This document shows, one piece after another, positions 40,579 through 54,819 of a stretch of 64,000 nucleotides of DNA. A program made the translations under genes and the position numbers. The DNA comes from Lama guanicoe. Its lineage: Eukaryota. The stretch spans positions 62,001 to 126,000 of the forward strand of contig MU053645.1 in NCBI GenBank assembly GCA_013239625.1. The letters run 5' to 3'. The notes beneath the pieces are model-generated. The model made no database searches. It was given only the letters and a program-made list of their open reading frames with translations, and was not told the origin of the DNA. The first letter of the stretch is position 1, and the number at the start of each line of letters is the position of its first letter.

Positions 40579-43559
40579 GTAACATTCTTGATGCACTTGT
40601 GTAAGTGTATCAGGGTATATAGAAAAAGAACTCACTCTAAAAGCCCAGATTCATAGACAAAATTAATTTGTTATCATTAAGATTGATTTAGTTTGGAACT
40701 TTATTTGGAAATTCTTCCTAGATGTTGGAAGTTGAATTAAAGGAATAATATCACTATAAGTACAAGTATTATTTACTTACTGATAACCATGATTGCAAAG
40801 TGTATAAAATAAACCTATATACAATTTTTGCTAAATTCAAAAATTATAAAAAAGGTTAATCAAACAGTAAGTTAGAATTAGAAATAATTGTTGTTTTTTG
40901 GAGAAGGAAACCAAAAGGAGTGATGATGAAAGAAAAAAAATTATCCTCAAACTAAGAAATGGGCAAACTTTATATTCTACATCTTTGTTTCAGCTTGAAA
41001 AAAATCCCTGACACTAACTTGTTATTTGGTGTTCTGTTTCCAATCTCTGCTGACTTTGTGTTCATGCTTTCCTGATAGATGTCCCTATAACTTACTATTG
41101 CTGGAGGATGAAAACTTAATCTCAATCTCAGACAGATATATTCAGAACATTTGCTGCATAAATGCATGTTTTTTTATCTTCTGACTGACAGTCAGCACGT
41201 ACTGTATTGCTACAAGCTTCCTTTGTAACAACTGGCAAGGACATTATGTGATTAAGACTGTGACAGGAAACTTGAATTACTATGAACAAAACTACTTTTA
41301 TTTATGTAAGCATTCATAGTCTCCAACTTTGTAGCTATTCCATTTCAACATCCTTTTGGAACTGGTACATTCTCTTCTAAATATTTTTGTTATCTTGTTG
41401 GTTCCTTTACTAGTGAGTTAATAAAATTTGACACATGTTGGAGATAAATTTATCTAAAGCAGTTTTTTTTATTAGATGATATACAAAGCATGTAACAATC
41501 CCTAAGTCACTGGCCTTGACCAATATTCAAGACTTGCTATGAACAAATAGCAGGACCATAAGAAGGCATATTGGCTAACTGTCAGCTCATCTTCAGTGCA
41601 AAAGCAGGAGAAAAGAAATTATTGGAGCTGAGCGCTCACACACAGAGAAAAGCAAACTAGTCAGTGAGTCACCACCAAGGCCAAAGAGGGCTGAGAACTC
41701 TCTGGTCAAATGTGTGGGAATATAGCAGTGAGGGAAAAAGTGCTTCCAATGCAGAGAAATGAACTTCCACAGAGAACATTCTGACCCCTGGCCTCCAGGA
41801 ATACAAGTTTGAGTTTGCCTCATTTGGAGATTTTGTGTTTCTGAGTCAATACTAAAATTTATACACTGCCAATGGCCAATGATACTATGATTTTAGACCA
41901 CTTAGAGTGATATTATAGTACATTTAAAAACATTTAAGTAAGGCTGTTGAAGAACTGACAACTACATTATCACAGTGCAAAAATAACAATCAGCTCTTGC
42001 CACACTCTTGTGATCACAGGTTAGAGTTGCAGTGTAACACAACTCTTCTTGGGATTAACAGGCAAAAAGCAGGTCCCTTTCTGGTCTTCCTTGAGGACTC
42101 TAAAGCAAGAAGGAATCATCTTACTGTCTAGGGATCCCATAAAAGAAGGACCAGGCTGGATGAGTATTATTCCTATATGTACTTTGAATAAAGGTCACCC
42201 TTATTTCCTAGTGAGAGATAGCTAGCTAGCTAGCTGTTTAAGAGGACCACTATTTAGGCTGTATAAATTGTAGGAAAGTATGCCAAGATGGTTATGTATT
42301 TGATATTCTCAATATGAGGGGCAGTCTGATAGATATAAATTTATTTCCCAGCTTGAAAGTTACTAGTCATGTGATATTGAGTTATTTATATTCTATGTAC
42401 CTCAGTTTTTTGAGTACATAATTATAAAATGTGAGAAATCTTAATACCTACCTCTAGAGTTGATAGAAGTAATCAAAACAATACTGTAGTTCACTTGAAA
42501 TGAAAATATGTGAGAATTTCCAGGAAAGTTGTGAAAAAGAAGTGTAAGAATGGAAGACTAACATCGCCATATATAAAGCCACATAAACAAAGTTAGAATG
42601 ATTAAAAATGTTTAGTACTAACCTACATAGGTGTGTATCAAGAAGTCAAAGAACACATAGAAAGAATAAGAAAAAGGAGAAAAGAAGCCCCAAATGAACC
42701 ACAGAGTATCTGCATATACACATAGTTCATTAATTTGCTGGCATGTGAATATGGATGAGAAATCTAGCATGAGTTCTGTATGTTCTGGAAAAAATTGGGG
42801 GGCATTGACCCATGTTTAATTCCTGGTTCTCTACTGAAGCAGTGCTTTTAATCAGACTCTTTTGTTTTAGGATTACTAATTGCTCTCATATTTGGGGCCC
42901 TTGTTTTTCCCTCCTAAAACTCCATGGGGGCTTGAAAACTTGTTTTAAATGGGGGTTATTTGAACATACTGGATTAAGGACAGAACAGAGAAGAAAAATT
43001 ATAAAGAAATATCTTATGTCAAAGAAGGAACCTTGTCAATGAGAATGCAGTAGTGATACGAGAATGAAGAGAAAAGAGTGGGGATCATCCAGAGGAGGCC
43101 TCATGCATACAATATACCTGAAATAAAAGAACTATAAGAGTACTATCATAATACCCCAAGACCAACATATTCTCATTATTAATTTATATTAAGGTGTGTG
43201 TGAGTCTGTATTCATATGTGTGAAAGAGAGCAACACTGATGTTACACAAGCCCACGTGCTTAAAGTCACCTGCCATTTTGTCATCAGCGCCAAATCCCAC
43301 GAGTGCCCTGATGCTATGGGGATCAGAGCATGTAAGTGCTGTGTTATCAAGGCTTCTGGACCCCCCACTGCTCCAGTTAGAGCCAGAGCCTGGAGCACAC
43401 TGCTGCCTAGGACGCCAGAGCATCTGACTTAATGCCACAACAGGGACCCTTCTGTCTGAGTAAGAACCAAGGAGACTCCGCTTCCACTGAGGAGCACATG
43501 CCCCTGCTGAGAAGGTCACTTCTCCACTGCTGCTGCTGCATTTGTGAGAAGCATGGCCA

Positions 43560-43650
43560 AAAAAGACCAAAAAAAGGGAAGGGAAGGAAAGGAAAGAGCA
43601 AGAGAAAGAAAAGAAAAAACAGAAAAGGAAAAGGAAAAGGAATAGGACAA
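43560..43650 (+). repeat. Polypurine (GAAAA/GGAAA)n low-complexity tract, within a probable old LTR (~43200-43780)
   Basis: Tract seen directly; LTR assignment tentative. Confidence 0.7.
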
Positions 43651-44099
43651 TGAATGCTCTCTTTCTCCCACCTTCTAATCTCCTGATAGTGCCTCACACT
43701 GACATAACCTAATAGATACTAAAGCTGGAAATGGGGTCTCAGAAAAGTAGCCTCTGGGTTTCCATCAGCTGTAACACAGGAGAATGGGAAAAGTACAGTG
43801 GGATTCTAGTGTCTATATTGCCAATGTTTTTCTATAAAATAACTGCATGTACTTATAGAAAATACAAAAAGGCAAGAAGATATATACACTGTCTTATATA
43901 ACATAGCAGAGATACTCACTGTTAATGTCTGTAGTTTTATCTTTCATACATTTTCACACATATATATGAATGCTATTCGAAACTAGGATTATTGTATTCA
44001 ACAATACATTTGAACACTTTCATATCAAAGATATTTTTTCATCATTTAAAGGACATTTTTAACAAGATATTCCCTATGTTTCTAAATGTTATCTCCTTT

Positions 44100-44217
44100 T
44101 TTTGTATTTTGGGGGGGTTGGTAATTAGGTTTATTTTTAATGGAGGTGCTGGAGATTGAACCTGGGACCTCGTGTGTGCTAGGAACACACTCTACCACTG
44201 AGCTATACCTTCCCTCC
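44100..44217 (-). mobile_element. tRNA-derived SINE, camelid Vic-1-like
   Basis: Minus strand gggaaggtatagctcagtggtagagtg...ggtcccaggttcaatctccagcacctcc (Pol III A and B boxes), A-rich tail, flanking repeat atctc(c/t)ttttttt. Confidence 0.85.
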
Positions 44218-44929
44218 ATCTCTTTTTTTTCTGATAGCAGATATAATGCATGTTTTTAAAGAAAATTTGAACAGTACAGAGTTGTATAATATAGAAGTTG
44301 GTATGGTCTTGTATCTCTACCACTCCCACCTCCTGCTTGTCTATGCGTATATGCTCTGTTAATTATTGCCATATATTGTCCAAATTTTTTACATATTGTC
44401 CACACACATGTATTCTGCTTACAAATGGAGACATGGGATACATACCATTCTGCGTTTTGATTTTTTTTAACATAACATTACATGTGTCCATATTATTATA
44501 TAAACCAACTCACTCTTATCAGCAATTACAAATTGTAATATCTAGTGTATAGATCACCTTACTTAGTGTTTCATAACCTGCTTTTCTTTATACAGCTTTA
44601 TTGAAGTATAACTAACATATAATAAGCTGCACATATTTAAAGTTTTACAATTAATATTTTGGTGTATATGTGCACTGATGAAATTACCACTACAATTAAT
44701 ACAGGGAACATATCTATCTCCCCCTGCCCAAATTTCCCTGTACTGGTTTGTTATGCCCTTCCCCAATCAGTCCCCAGTCAGCCACAGAGCTGCTTTCTGC
44801 CATGTAGATTTGTTTGTTTTTTCCTAGAATTCATGCACTTACACAGTAAGCAGTTTTTTTTATTAGCATCTTTTACTCAGAATAGTTATTTTGAGATTTA
44901 TCCTTGTATGTATCAACGGTTTATTACTT

Positions 44930-47900
44930 TTTTTAACTTTTTAAATTGTAGTATAGTCAGTTTACAATGTTGGATCAATTTCTGGTGTACAGCACAATGC
45001 TTCAGTCATACATGAATATATATATATTCATTTTTATATTCTTTTTCACCATAAGCTACTACAAGATATTGAATATATTTCCCTGTACTATACAGTATAA
45101 ACTTGTTTATCTATTTTACATATATCAGCCAGTATCTGCAAATCTCGAACTCCCAATTTATCCTTTCCCACCCTCTTTCTCCTTGGTAACCATAAGTTTT
45201 CTAAGTTTGTGAGTCAGTTTCTGTTTTATAAATAAGTTCATTTCTCTCTTTTTTTTTTAGATTCAAAATATGAGTGATGTTATACGGTATTTTCCTTTCT
45301 CTTTCTGGCTTACTTCACTTAGAATGACATTCTCCAGGGTCATCCATAATGCTACAAAATTCTTTTTTTATGGCTGAGTAGTATTCTATTGTATAAATAT
45401 ACCACAACTTCTTTATCCAGTTATCTGTTGATGGACATCTAGATTGTTTCCATGTCTTGGCTATTATAAATTATGCTGCTGTGAACACTGGGGTGCATGT
45501 GTTATTTTGAATTAAACTTCCCTCTGGATATATACCCAGGAGTGGGATTGCTGGATCATATGCTAAGTCTTTTTTTCATCTTTTGAGGAATCTCCATACT
45601 GTTTTCCACAATGGCTGCACCAAACTACATTCCCACCAGCAGTTTGGGAGGGTACTCTTTTCTCTACATCCTCTCCAGCATTTATTGTTTGTGGACTTTA
45701 GAATGATAGCCATTTTGAATGGTGTGAGGTGATACCTCATTGTAGTTTTGATTTGCATTTCTCTGATAATTAGCGATATTGAGCATTTTTTCATGTGCCT
45801 ATTGGCCATTTGTATGTCTTCACTGGAGAGTTGCCTGTTTAATTCTTCTGCCCATTATTGCATTGGATTGTTTGTTTTTTCTTATTAACTTGTATGAGCT
45901 ATTTGTATATTCTAGAAATTAAGGCCTTGTCAGTCTCATCTTTTGCAAATATTTTCTCCCATTCTGTATGTTGTCATTTTGTTTTGCCTATGGTTTCCTT
46001 TGCTGTGTAAATTTAATTAGGCCCCATTTGTTGTTTTTTGCTTTATTTCCATTGCCTGGGTAGACTGCCCTAGGAGAACATTGCTGAGATGCATGTCAGA
46101 TAATGTTTTGCCTATGTTTTCTTCTAAGAGGTTTATAATGTCTTGTCTTATGTTTAAGTCTTTAATCCATTTTGAGTTTATTTTTGTGTATGGTGTGAAA
46201 GAGTATTCTAACTTCATTGATTTACATCAGCTGTCCAGTTTTCCCAACACCATTTGCTGAAGAGACTGTCTTTATTCCATTGTGTGTTCTTGCTTCCCTT
46301 GTCAAAGATTAATTGACCAAAAGTTTGTAGGTTCATTTCTAGGCTCTCTATTCTGTTCCATTGATCCATATGTCTGTTTTTGTACAAAAACCATACTGTT
46401 TTGATTACTGTAGCTCTGTAATTTTGTCTGAATTTTGGGAGGGTTATTCCTCCAGCTTAATTCTTTTTCTTCAGTAATGCTTTGGCAATTCTGGGTCTTT
46501 TGTGATTACATAAATATTTTAGGATGATTTGTTCTAGTTCTGTGAAAAATGTCCTGGGGAATTTGATAGAGATTGCATTAATCTGTAGATTGTTTTGGGT
46601 AGTATGGCCATTTTAACAATATTAATTCTTCCAATCCAAGAATATGGGATATCTTTCCATTTCTGTACCTCTTTAATTTCCTTAGTCAGTGTTTTGTAGT
46701 TCTTCACATGTAAGTCTTTCACTTCCTTGGTCAGATTTATTCCTAAGTATTTTATTTTTTTAGATGCAATTTTAAAAAGTAATTCTTTACTTTCCTTTTC
46801 TGATATTTCATTGTTAGTGTAAAGAAATGCCACTAATTTCTGTATGTTGATCTTGCATCCTGCTACCTTGCCAAATTCTTTTATCAGCTCTAGTAGTTTC
46901 TGTGTGGAGCCTTTAGAATTTTCTATATATACTATCATGTCATCCACATATAATGACAATTTTACCTCTTCTCTTCCAATTTGGATCCCTTTTATTTTCT
47001 TTTTCTTGTCTAATTGCTATGGCTATGACTTCCAGTACAATATTAAATAGAAGTGGTAAGAGTGGGCATCCTTGTCTTGTTCCAGATTTTAAAGGAGTAT
47101 TGAATAATACTCACCATTGAGTATTATGCTGGCTGTAGGTTTGTCATAAGTAGCTTTTATTATATTGAGATATGTTCCCTCTACACCCACTTTGGTAATA
47201 GTTTTTATCATAACTTGGTGCCGAATTTTACCAAATGCTTTTTCTGCATCTATTGAGATGATCATGTGACTTTTGTCCTTTCTCTTATTGACGTGGTGTA
47301 TCACATTGATCAATTTGTATATGTTGAACCATCCTTGTGTCCCTGGGATGAACCCAACTTGATCATGATGTATGATCTTTCTTATGTTTTGTTGGCTTCT
47401 GTTTGTTAATATTTTGTTGAGGATTTTTGTATCTATGTTTACCAATGATATTGGCCTATAGCTTTCTTTTTTGGTAGTGTCTTTGTTTGGCTTTGATATC
47501 AGGGTGATGGTGGCTTCATAGAATGAATTTGGGAGTATTCTCTCCTCTTTAATCTTTTGGAAGAGTTTGAGAGAGATTGGTATGAGCTCTTCTTTATATG
47601 TTTGATAGAATTCCCCAGTGAAGCCATCTGGTCCTGGACTTTTATTTGCTGGGAGGTTTTTTTATTGATGATTTTATTTCACTTCTAGTGATTGGTCTGT
47701 TCAAATTATCTATCTCTTCTTGATTCAGTTTTGGTGGACTGTATGTTTCTAAAAACTTGGACATTTCTTCTAAATTGTCCAATTTATTGCCATATAGTTG
47801 TTCATAGGATTCTATTATGATTTTTTTTATTTCTGTGGTGTTGGTTGTAATCTCTCCATTTTCATCTCTTATCTTGCTTATTGTGTTCTCTCTCTTTACT

Positions 47901-48022
47901 TCGTCGTGAGCCTGGCCAGAGGTTTGTCAATTTTGTTTACTCTTAAAAAAAACAGCTATTGGTTTGATGATTGTTTCTGTTTTTTTAATCCCTATTTTAT
48001 TTATTTCCTCCCTGATCTTTTG
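44930..48022 (-). mobile_element. Younger 5'-truncated LINE-1 (~3.1 kb) nested in older L1 (44585-44930, 48022-48595)
   Basis: Successive ORF2 peptides including [37 protein letters not shown]; frameshifts and stops. Confidence 0.95.
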
Positions 48023-48595
48023 CCCATTTTTGATTAAATTGTTTGTTTTCTTATTATTTAATTTTCAGAGTTCTTTATAAACTCTGGACAGAAATCCTTT
48101 GTGAGATATCTTCTTTTCAAATATTTTCTCACAGTCTGTGACTTCTCTTTTTGTTCTCTTTGAAGGAGCACAATTTAAAATTTTTGATGAAGTCTGATTT
48201 ATCAGTTTTTTCTCATATGGATTGTGCTTTGGTGTCATATCTAAGTAATCTTTGTCTAAGTGAACATCACAAAAGTTTTCTTTTAAATTTTTTATAGTTT
48301 TAGGTCTCAAATTTAGTTCTATGATCTACTATAAGTAAATTTTTGTGCATAGTGTGAGCTTTAGATCCCAGTTCAATTTTTTAAAATGTGGATACTTTAT
48401 TGTTTGAGTATAATATGTTGAAAAGACTAACTTCCTCAACTGAATTGTCTTTGTACCTTTATAAAATGCCAATTGTCCAGGTATATGTAATCTGTTGCTG
48501 GACTCTCTCTTTTATTCCATTGTTCTATTTGTTTATCTTTACAGTAACACTCCACTATCATGATTAACATACCTTTATAGTAAGTTTAGAAGTAT

Positions 48596-49335
48596 GACTT
48601 CCCAAGGGCTTAATTTCCAGGATATACAAACAGCTCATAGAACGTAATAACAAAAAAACAAGCAACCCAATTCAAAAATGGGCAGGAGACCTAAACAAGC
48701 ATTTCTCCAATGAAGACATACATGTGGCCAATAGGGCACATGAAAAAATGCTCAATATAGCTAATTATCAGAGAAATGCAAATCAAATCTACAATGAGGT
48801 ATCACGTCACACCAGTCGGAATGGCCATCATTCAAAAGTCCACAAATGATAAATGCTGGAGAGGGTGTGGAGAAAAGGGAACCCTCCTACACTGCTGGTG
48901 GGAATGTAGTTTGGTGCAGCCATTATGGAAAACAGTATGGAGATTCCTTAAAAAACTAAAAACAGACTTAGCATATGATCCAACAATCCCACTCCTAGGC
49001 ATATACCTGGAAGAAACTAGTTCAAAAAGATATATGCAACTCAGTGTTCATAGCAGCATTATTTACAATAGCCAAGACATGGAAACAACCTAAATGTCCA
49101 TCAACAGATGACTGCATACATTGTCAGTCATAAATGGAATATTATTGAGCTATAAAAGAAAGAATAAAATAATGCCATTTGCAGCAACATAGATGGACCT
49201 GCAGATTGTCATACAAAGTGAAGTAAGCCAGAAAGAGAAAGTTTGTTTACAAATGAACTTATTTATAACTTATGGTTACCAGAGGGAAAAGGGGATGGGA
49301 AGTGATAAATTGGGAGTTCGAGATTTGAAGATATT
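48596..49335 (+). mobile_element. L1 ORF2 C-terminus/3'UTR fragment
   Basis: ORF 48776-49093 [10 protein letters not shown]...[19 protein letters not shown]. Confidence 0.93.
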
Positions 49336-50609
49336 TCTTTGTTTGTTCTAATACTCTGCCTTCAATGTCTCATCTTTCTTCTGTAGTATCTAATCTGGTA
49401 TTATTATTATCCAATGTATTTTCCATCTCAGATGCTGTAGTTTCCATCTATGGAAGTTTGATTTGGGTCTTTTTAAAGTATCATTCATAGCTCTACTTAA
49501 CACATCGAACTATTTCTACAGTTTTTGGCATATATAGAGTGCAGTTATAAAAATTCTTTTATTGTACTTATTTACCAGTCCTATTATCACTAATATTTTA
49601 GTGTCAATTTTGTTTCTCTCTTCATTTTAGTCATATTTCCCTACTTCTTTACATGATTGGAATTTTTCACTGGATGCTAAATACTGATGTTTATATTTTT
49701 AAGTGCTCAATATTTTTATATTCCTACAACTATTCTTGTGCTTTATTCTAGAGTGTGTTTATGGTTCTTGAAAATATTTGATCCTTTTAGGTCCTTTTTT
49801 AAAACCTTTTCTAGTTGGAATCAAAGTAGCCTGTAATCTAAAGCTAATATTTCCCAACTACAGGGGAAAAACTTCTGAGTATTTTTACCTATGCTTGTGA
49901 ATAATGAGATTTTTCACTCTAACTAGCGGGAACAGAAAATATTCCTTGCCGTGTCTGATCTGTTGGTATTTTTCCCTCTAATCAGTTCATGTGATTTTTC
50001 CCCTGCTGGGGAGTGATTTCCTACATATATATGCTGATTATTACTCAGCTAAAGACTAAAGTAAGAATATGTATGGATATCTAGAGTTGTCTCTTTGCAG
50101 TTACCTCTTCCTCAGAACTCTGCTCTCTCAACCCTAGTTTTGGCTTTGACACAGGATACTGTCTCCTTAAGTCATGAAGACTGTTGGGCTCTACCTGGGT
50201 ACCCATTTCCTTTGTAGAAGCCTATAAACTCTTTGCACAGCAAGGTCAGGTAATCTTAGGGCTCAAATAATTTATTTCCTATATCTCAGGGATCAGTGTT
50301 TTTTTGATATCCGATATTCAGTGCCATTGGTACAAACTATTATGTATAAAATAAATAAGCTACAAGGATATATTGTGCAACACAGGGAATATAGCTAATA
50401 TTTTATAATAAGTATAAATAGAGTATAACCTTTAAAAATTGTGAACCACTATGTTGTATACCTATAATTTTATATAGTATTGTATATCAACTATACCTCA
50501 ATAAAAATTTATTCATATATTTTGTCTGGCTTTATAAGTGTTTCAGGAGGAAGGATAATTCAAGTCAATATTACTAAATTTTAATCCACAATGATAGTTG
50601 CCATACAAC

Positions 50610-53600
50610 TATTTTTTCTAATTACTCTTAATTTTGATATAATTGTAGATTCACATGCAGTTATAAGTGACCTTGTGTATGCATTACCCAGCTTTTCCAA
50701 TGACAACACCTCACAAAAATATAGTACAATATTACAATCAGGATGTCCACATGGATATAGTCAAAAATAGGGCAGTTTTATCACCACAAGGATTCCCCCA
50801 TGCTGCTCTTTTACAGCTACACCCAACTCAGTCCCCAACCCCATCCCTGACCACTGGCAATCACTAAATTTTTCTCCATTTAAAAATTTTTATCATTTCA
50901 AGAATGTTACATAAATGGAATCATACAGTTTGTGACATTTTGGGGTTGACTTTTTATTCTACATCATTCTCTAAAGGTTTATCTAAGTTTTTATTCATAT
51001 CAATAATCCTTCCCCCTTTTTTGATGAGTAATATTCCATGGTAAGGATGTACCACATCTGTTTGATAATTTGACATTGAAGGATGGATATGTGGGTTATT
51101 TCCAATTTTTGGTACTATGAATAAAGCTGCAATGAACACTTATGTACAGAATTTTTTGTTAACGTGATTTTTTCATTTATCTGGGATAAATGCCCAATTC
51201 AATTAATGGGTTATAGAGTAGTTAAATATTTAGTATTATAAAAAGTGCCAAACTATTTTCCAGAGTGGCAAGATCATTTTACATTCCTGGAAGCAACATA
51301 TAGAGTTTCTGTGAATACTTATCAGCATTTAATATTATCACGTTTTTTAAATAGTCATTCTGATATTTATGTGGTGTCAATTCACATTTCTTAGTGGCTT
51401 ATCTTTCATATACTTATTTGCCATCCTCTTAATAGTGTCTATCAGAACAAAAACTTTAAATTTTGATAAGTGACAATTTTTCATTTTTTGCTTTTATGTA
51501 TTTTTGCAATTGGTTTCAAGTCTAACAATTTTGCCTAGCCCTAGATTCGGAAGGTCTTTTCCTCAATTTTTTCTGAAAGTTTTCACATGTTTAAAGATTT
51601 TACATTTTATGTTTAAGTACATTATCCATTTTGAGTTAATTTTTTTATAAAGTGTAAGGTTTAGGGTGATTTTTACTTCTTTGCCTATGGATGTTCAGTT
51701 GCTCCAGGACTGTTTGTTCACCCATCAAATTGCCTTTGCTTGTCAAAACTCAGTTGAGTATATTTGTGTGAGTCTATTTCTGAGTTCTTCATTCTATTCC
51801 ATTGATTTATGTTTTTATCCCATTGCCAATACCACACTGTCTTGATTACTGTAACTATATATTAGATACTAATGTCAGTAGAGTGACTTAAGTATTTTAA
51901 TTTCTTTGCCTTTCTTATTTTAATTTTAGAATAAGCTTGTCTATGTCTGCAAAAATATGCTAGGATTTTGATAGGAAATCAATGAAATTTATAGATAAAC
52001 CTGGGGAGAATTGACATCTCTACTGCGTTGAGACTTCTAGTCCATGAATACAGAATGACTGTCCAAATATTTAGGTCTTCTTTAATTTCTTTTATCAGCA
52101 GTTTTTAATTTTCACCATACAAAATCTGTTTTCTTAAGTGTATCACTGTTGTATCCTTGCATATTTCATTTGCTTTGGAGGGAATGTAAATGATATATAC
52201 ATATATATTAATTTTGGTCTCTACATGTTTATTGTTAGTATGTAGAAATCTGATTGATTTTTGCATATTAATCTTTTATCCTGAAACATTGTTGAACTCA
52301 TTGATTAGTTCTAGAAGTTTTTGGTAGATTCATTGGGAATTTCTGCATAGTCATGTCATCTACAAATAGGGCCAGTTTTCTTTCTTCCTTTCCAATTTGT
52401 AAGCCTTTTATATATTTTCCTTGCTTCATGTTGAGTAAGAGTGGTAATAGCAAGAAAACCTTGCCTTGTTTCCAATCTTAGAAGGTGTCTTAGTAAGTTC
52501 AAGCTGCTATAACAGAATATCATAGATTGGATGATTTATAAACAAGGGAAATTTATTTCTCATAGTTCTAGATGCTGCAAATTCCAAGATCAAGTTGCCA
52601 GCAGATTCAGAATCTGGTGAAAGCCTGCTTCCTGATTCATAGATGACCATCTTCTCACTGTGCCCTTACATAACAAAAAGGTAAGGGAGTTTCTGGAGTG
52701 TCTTTATAAGGGCACTAATCCCATTCATGATGGCTTCATCCTCATGATCTAATCACTCCCCAAAGGTCCCACCCCCAAATGCCATCACATTAGGGATTGG
52801 ATTTCAACATATAAATTTTGTGAGGGCATAAATATTTAGTCTATAGCAGAGGGAGAGTATTGTCTTTCTCAATTAAAATTGATGTTAACTAAGTTTTTTG
52901 TAGATGTTCTTTATCAGATTGAAATCATTCCTTCTGATTCTTAGTTTTCTGAAGTTTTTCTCATGCCTTACTATTGGGTTTTATCAAATGTGCTTTCTGC
53001 ATCAATTGATATGATTATGTGTTTTTTCTTTTTTAGCTTGTTGGTATGGTATAATACATCAATTAATTTTCAAATGTTGAACCCGCGTTGTATAATTTAA
53101 ATAAATTCCACTTGGTCTTGTTGCATAAACCTCTTTACACATGATTGGATTTAGTTTGCTAGTGTAGTGTTCAAGGATTTTCATCTAAGTTCATGAGAGA
53201 TACTGCTCTGTGTTTTTTGTTTTTACTGTCTTTGTCTTGTTTTAATAGCAGGTAGCACTAGTCTTATAAATGAATTAGGAAGTAGTTTCTCCTATTCTAT
53301 ATTCTGGAAAAGATTGCATAATATTGGTTTTAATTCTTCTATAAATGTTTGATAGAATTCTCCAGCAAAACCATCTGAAAATTCCTTTCTTTGTGCTTTT
53401 AAGTTTTAAATAAAATTTATTTAACAAGTATGGAAGTATTCTGAGTATATATTTCATTTTGATTGAGTTCTGTTATTTTTGTGGTTTTTGAGGATTTAGT
53501 CCATTTTTTTAAGAAGTTGAATTTATGAGCATAAAATTGTTCCTAGCATTCCCTTATTATCCTTTAAGTGACTAAAGGATCTATAGTGGGATCTATAGTG

Positions 53601-54680
53601 ATATCTAATATTTTGTTTCTGATATTGGTGACTTATTTCTTCTTTCTTTTTATCTTTGTCATTTTGTTAGGCTTATTAATTTTATTGATTTTTTAAAATA
53701 ATTTGTTTTTGTTTCATTGATTTTCTCTACCATTTTTCTATTTTCATGGATTCCTGCTCTTATTATTATTCATTTCCTTCCTTCTACTTGTTTTAGGTTT
53801 ACTTTGCTCTTTTTCTAGTTTATTTAGGTAAGAAATTTGGTTATTAATTTGAGACACTTTTTCTTTTCTAATGAAAGCGTTTTAGTACTATAAATTTATA
53901 TTTCAGCTCTGCTTTAGCTGTGACTCATATTTTATATTTTATGTGTTGTGTTTTAATTTTTATTCAGTTGTACACTCTTATTTCCTTTGGGATTTCGTAC
54001 CTGATCCATAGAGTATTTAGATGTATCTTCACTTAATTTTCAAAAGTCCAGCGATTTTCCCATTTTCTTTCTGTTATTCATTTCTAGTTTCATTCCATTA
54101 TGGTCAGGGACCATATTGTGTATAATTAAAATTCTTTTAAACTTGTTGAGACTTGTTTTATAGCCAAGAATATGGTCTGTCATGGTGGATGTTCCATGGA
54201 CACTTGAAAAAATTGTATCCTGTTGTTAGGTGGAGTGTTCTATAAATGTCAATTATATCTTATCAGTGTTCTGTCTTTTGTTCTTGTATATCCTTGCTGG
54301 CTTTCTGTGTAATATTTCTATGAGTTTCTGAGAGTAGGGTATTGAAATCCCCAAGTATAGTTGTGTATTTGTCTATTTGTATTTTCAGCTGTATCAGTTT
54401 TTGCTTCATGTATTGTAAGTCTTGTTTGGTGTATACTTATTAAGGGTTGTTATATCTTCCAGTTGGATTCATCCTTTTGTCATTATGTAATACCCTTCTT
54501 TGTCTCTATTAATTTTCTTTGCTCTAAAGTCTACTATATCTAATATTAATATGGTCACCTTTGCTTTTTTGAATTAATGATTGCATGGTAATTATTTCCA
54601 TCTCTTTACTTTCATCATTACTATGGATGCAATTGTAGTAGAAGTAAGTTTCTTGTTGACAGCATATTGTTGGATCATGA
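50610..54680 (-). mobile_element. Old LINE-1 (L1M-type) 3'UTR and ORF2, interrupted by MLT1A
   Basis: Continuous degenerate antisense L1; ORF 50954-51139 MFIAALFIV. Confidence 0.88.
52486..52848. mobile_element. MLT1A-type MaLR solo LTR
   Basis: tgtcttagt..gctgctataaca...tttagtctatagca, 363 bp, near-perfect 5-bp TSD gaagg/gaggg. Confidence 0.88.
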
Positions 54681-54819
54681 GATTTTGTTTGTTTTTGCTT
54701 GTTTGTTTAAATACTATAACCCCCTTTATTTTGATACTTTCATTTACAAAGCAAGCAGATAATGCGTATATTAGGAGTCTTTCTATTTCAAGTTATAAAA
54801 AAATGCAACTCATTCAAAC

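Larger units (their letters stand above)
41990..44450. repeat. Degenerate cassette copy (with a further partial copy at ~39090-39370)
   Basis: 42020-42220 resembles 23800-24060 and 29960-30130; 42250-42500 resembles 39105-39360; 43950-44100 resembles 32660-32830. Confidence 0.6.

Noticed and set aside
43432..43653. Cys/Lys-rich protamine-like 73-aa ORF
   Set aside because: The Lys/Arg/Gly run is the translation of a polypurine low-complexity tract
44140..44215. tRNA gene
   Set aside because: tRNA-like A/B boxes belong to a SINE with an A-rich tail and target-site duplication
45576..47445. Cluster of L1 ORF2 peptides as an active LINE
   Set aside because: 5'-truncated, with multiple frameshifts and stops
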